A stretch of DNA of 64,000 nt, from assembly GCA_963823665.1 (NCBI GenBank), contig CAWGMQ010000010.1, positions 576,001 through 640,000 on the forward strand. The letters run 5' to 3'. Of the stretch, positions 63,550-64,000 are shown piece after piece. The notes below the pieces were generated by a model. That model did not search any database. It saw nothing but the letters and a program-made list of their open reading frames with translations, and was not told the origin of the DNA. Each line of letters starts with the position of its first letter. Position 1 is the first letter of the stretch. The position numbers and the translations under genes are program-made. The DNA is from an uncultured Planctomycetota bacterium (lineage in GTDB: Bacteria; Planctomycetota; Planctomycetia; Isosphaerales; Isosphaeraceae).

Positions 63550-63753
63550 ATGAACGAAGAAATCTCCATTTTGCCGATTTTGGTCGGCGCGCTGGCTGTG
63601 CTCTACTTCGGTTATGAGATCGAGCGCCGCCGTCACCAACTGCGCGAAACGTTCAATGTCTTCGACAAACGGGAAAGCACGATCGCTCAGGGGCTGGAGC
63701 TCATGGTTGAAAGCGGCGAGCTCAGGCCGTATGTCCCAGGCCAGGTGAGCTGA
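63550..63753 (+). CDS. Small single-TM protein (67 aa)
   Basis: GAGGAG SD; ILPILVGALAVLYFGY followed by EIERRRHQLR. Confidence 0.75.
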   Translation: MNEEISILPILVGALAVLYFGYEIERRRHQLRETFNVFDKRESTIAQGLELMVESGELRPYVPGQVS

Positions 63754-63785
63754 GCACGGTCCGTGCCGACGGAGCTGTCCGCCAG

Positions 63786-63899
63786 TTCGCAGGCTTGGGT
63801 CACGAGGAGATCGCGGCGTCCCTCGGCATCACAGTCTACCTCGCTCGCCAGAAGTGGACTTACGCCCGTGCCTGGCTCGGCGATGTCTTGGGCGCCTGA
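63786..63899 (+). pseudogene. 3' remnant (region 4) of an ECF sigma factor (TIGR02999-like), copy 2
   Basis: FAGLGHEEIAASLGITVYLARQKWTYARAWL; no upstream sigma region 2 visible. Confidence 0.75.
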
Positions 63900-64000
63900 T
63901 CCGTTCTTCGGGTAAGATGAACGGGACGACCGTTCACGGCGCAGGGAAGCGCAAATCCGAGCCGGAAGCGAGGTAAAAGTGTCAGGAACCGTTTCCCAGT

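Overview
High-GC bacterial chromosomal window, almost certainly from a planctomycete (probably Isosphaeraceae-like; inferred from DUF1559, DUF1080, ECF-linked Ser/Thr kinase-TPR proteins and REP-like hairpins). The sequence carries many single-base frameshifts, including in recA, purC and aroC, so it looks like an unpolished long-read assembly and most broken genes are probably intact in vivo. A housekeeping core (proC, guaA, purC, aroC, recA, thpR, a PfkB kinase, gltX) is interspersed with a sugar-acid catabolic trio, toxin-antitoxin-like modules, three Ser/Thr kinases and several REP-like repeat families. The best candidate for an undescribed system is at 58.4-63.8 kb. It comprises an internally deleted Ca2+/H+ exchanger, a small protein, a tandem basic-HMA (HMA_2/CoBaHMA-like) protein with a YbaN/DUF454-like tail, an atypical P1B ATPase (two N-terminal basic-HMA domains, no CPx motif, DFGTG instead), a soluble hypothetical protein and a small membrane protein. 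This architecture resembles ferrosome (fez) and calcyanin-associated metal storage loci. The operon lies in an 11.5-kb segment bounded by two ~80% identical remnants of an ECF sigma factor 3' end. The same segment holds a stand-alone copy of a kinase N-terminal domain behind a structured, terminator-ending leader. No rRNA, tRNA, CRISPR array or intact transposase was recognised. All family assignments are by motif recognition, not database search.
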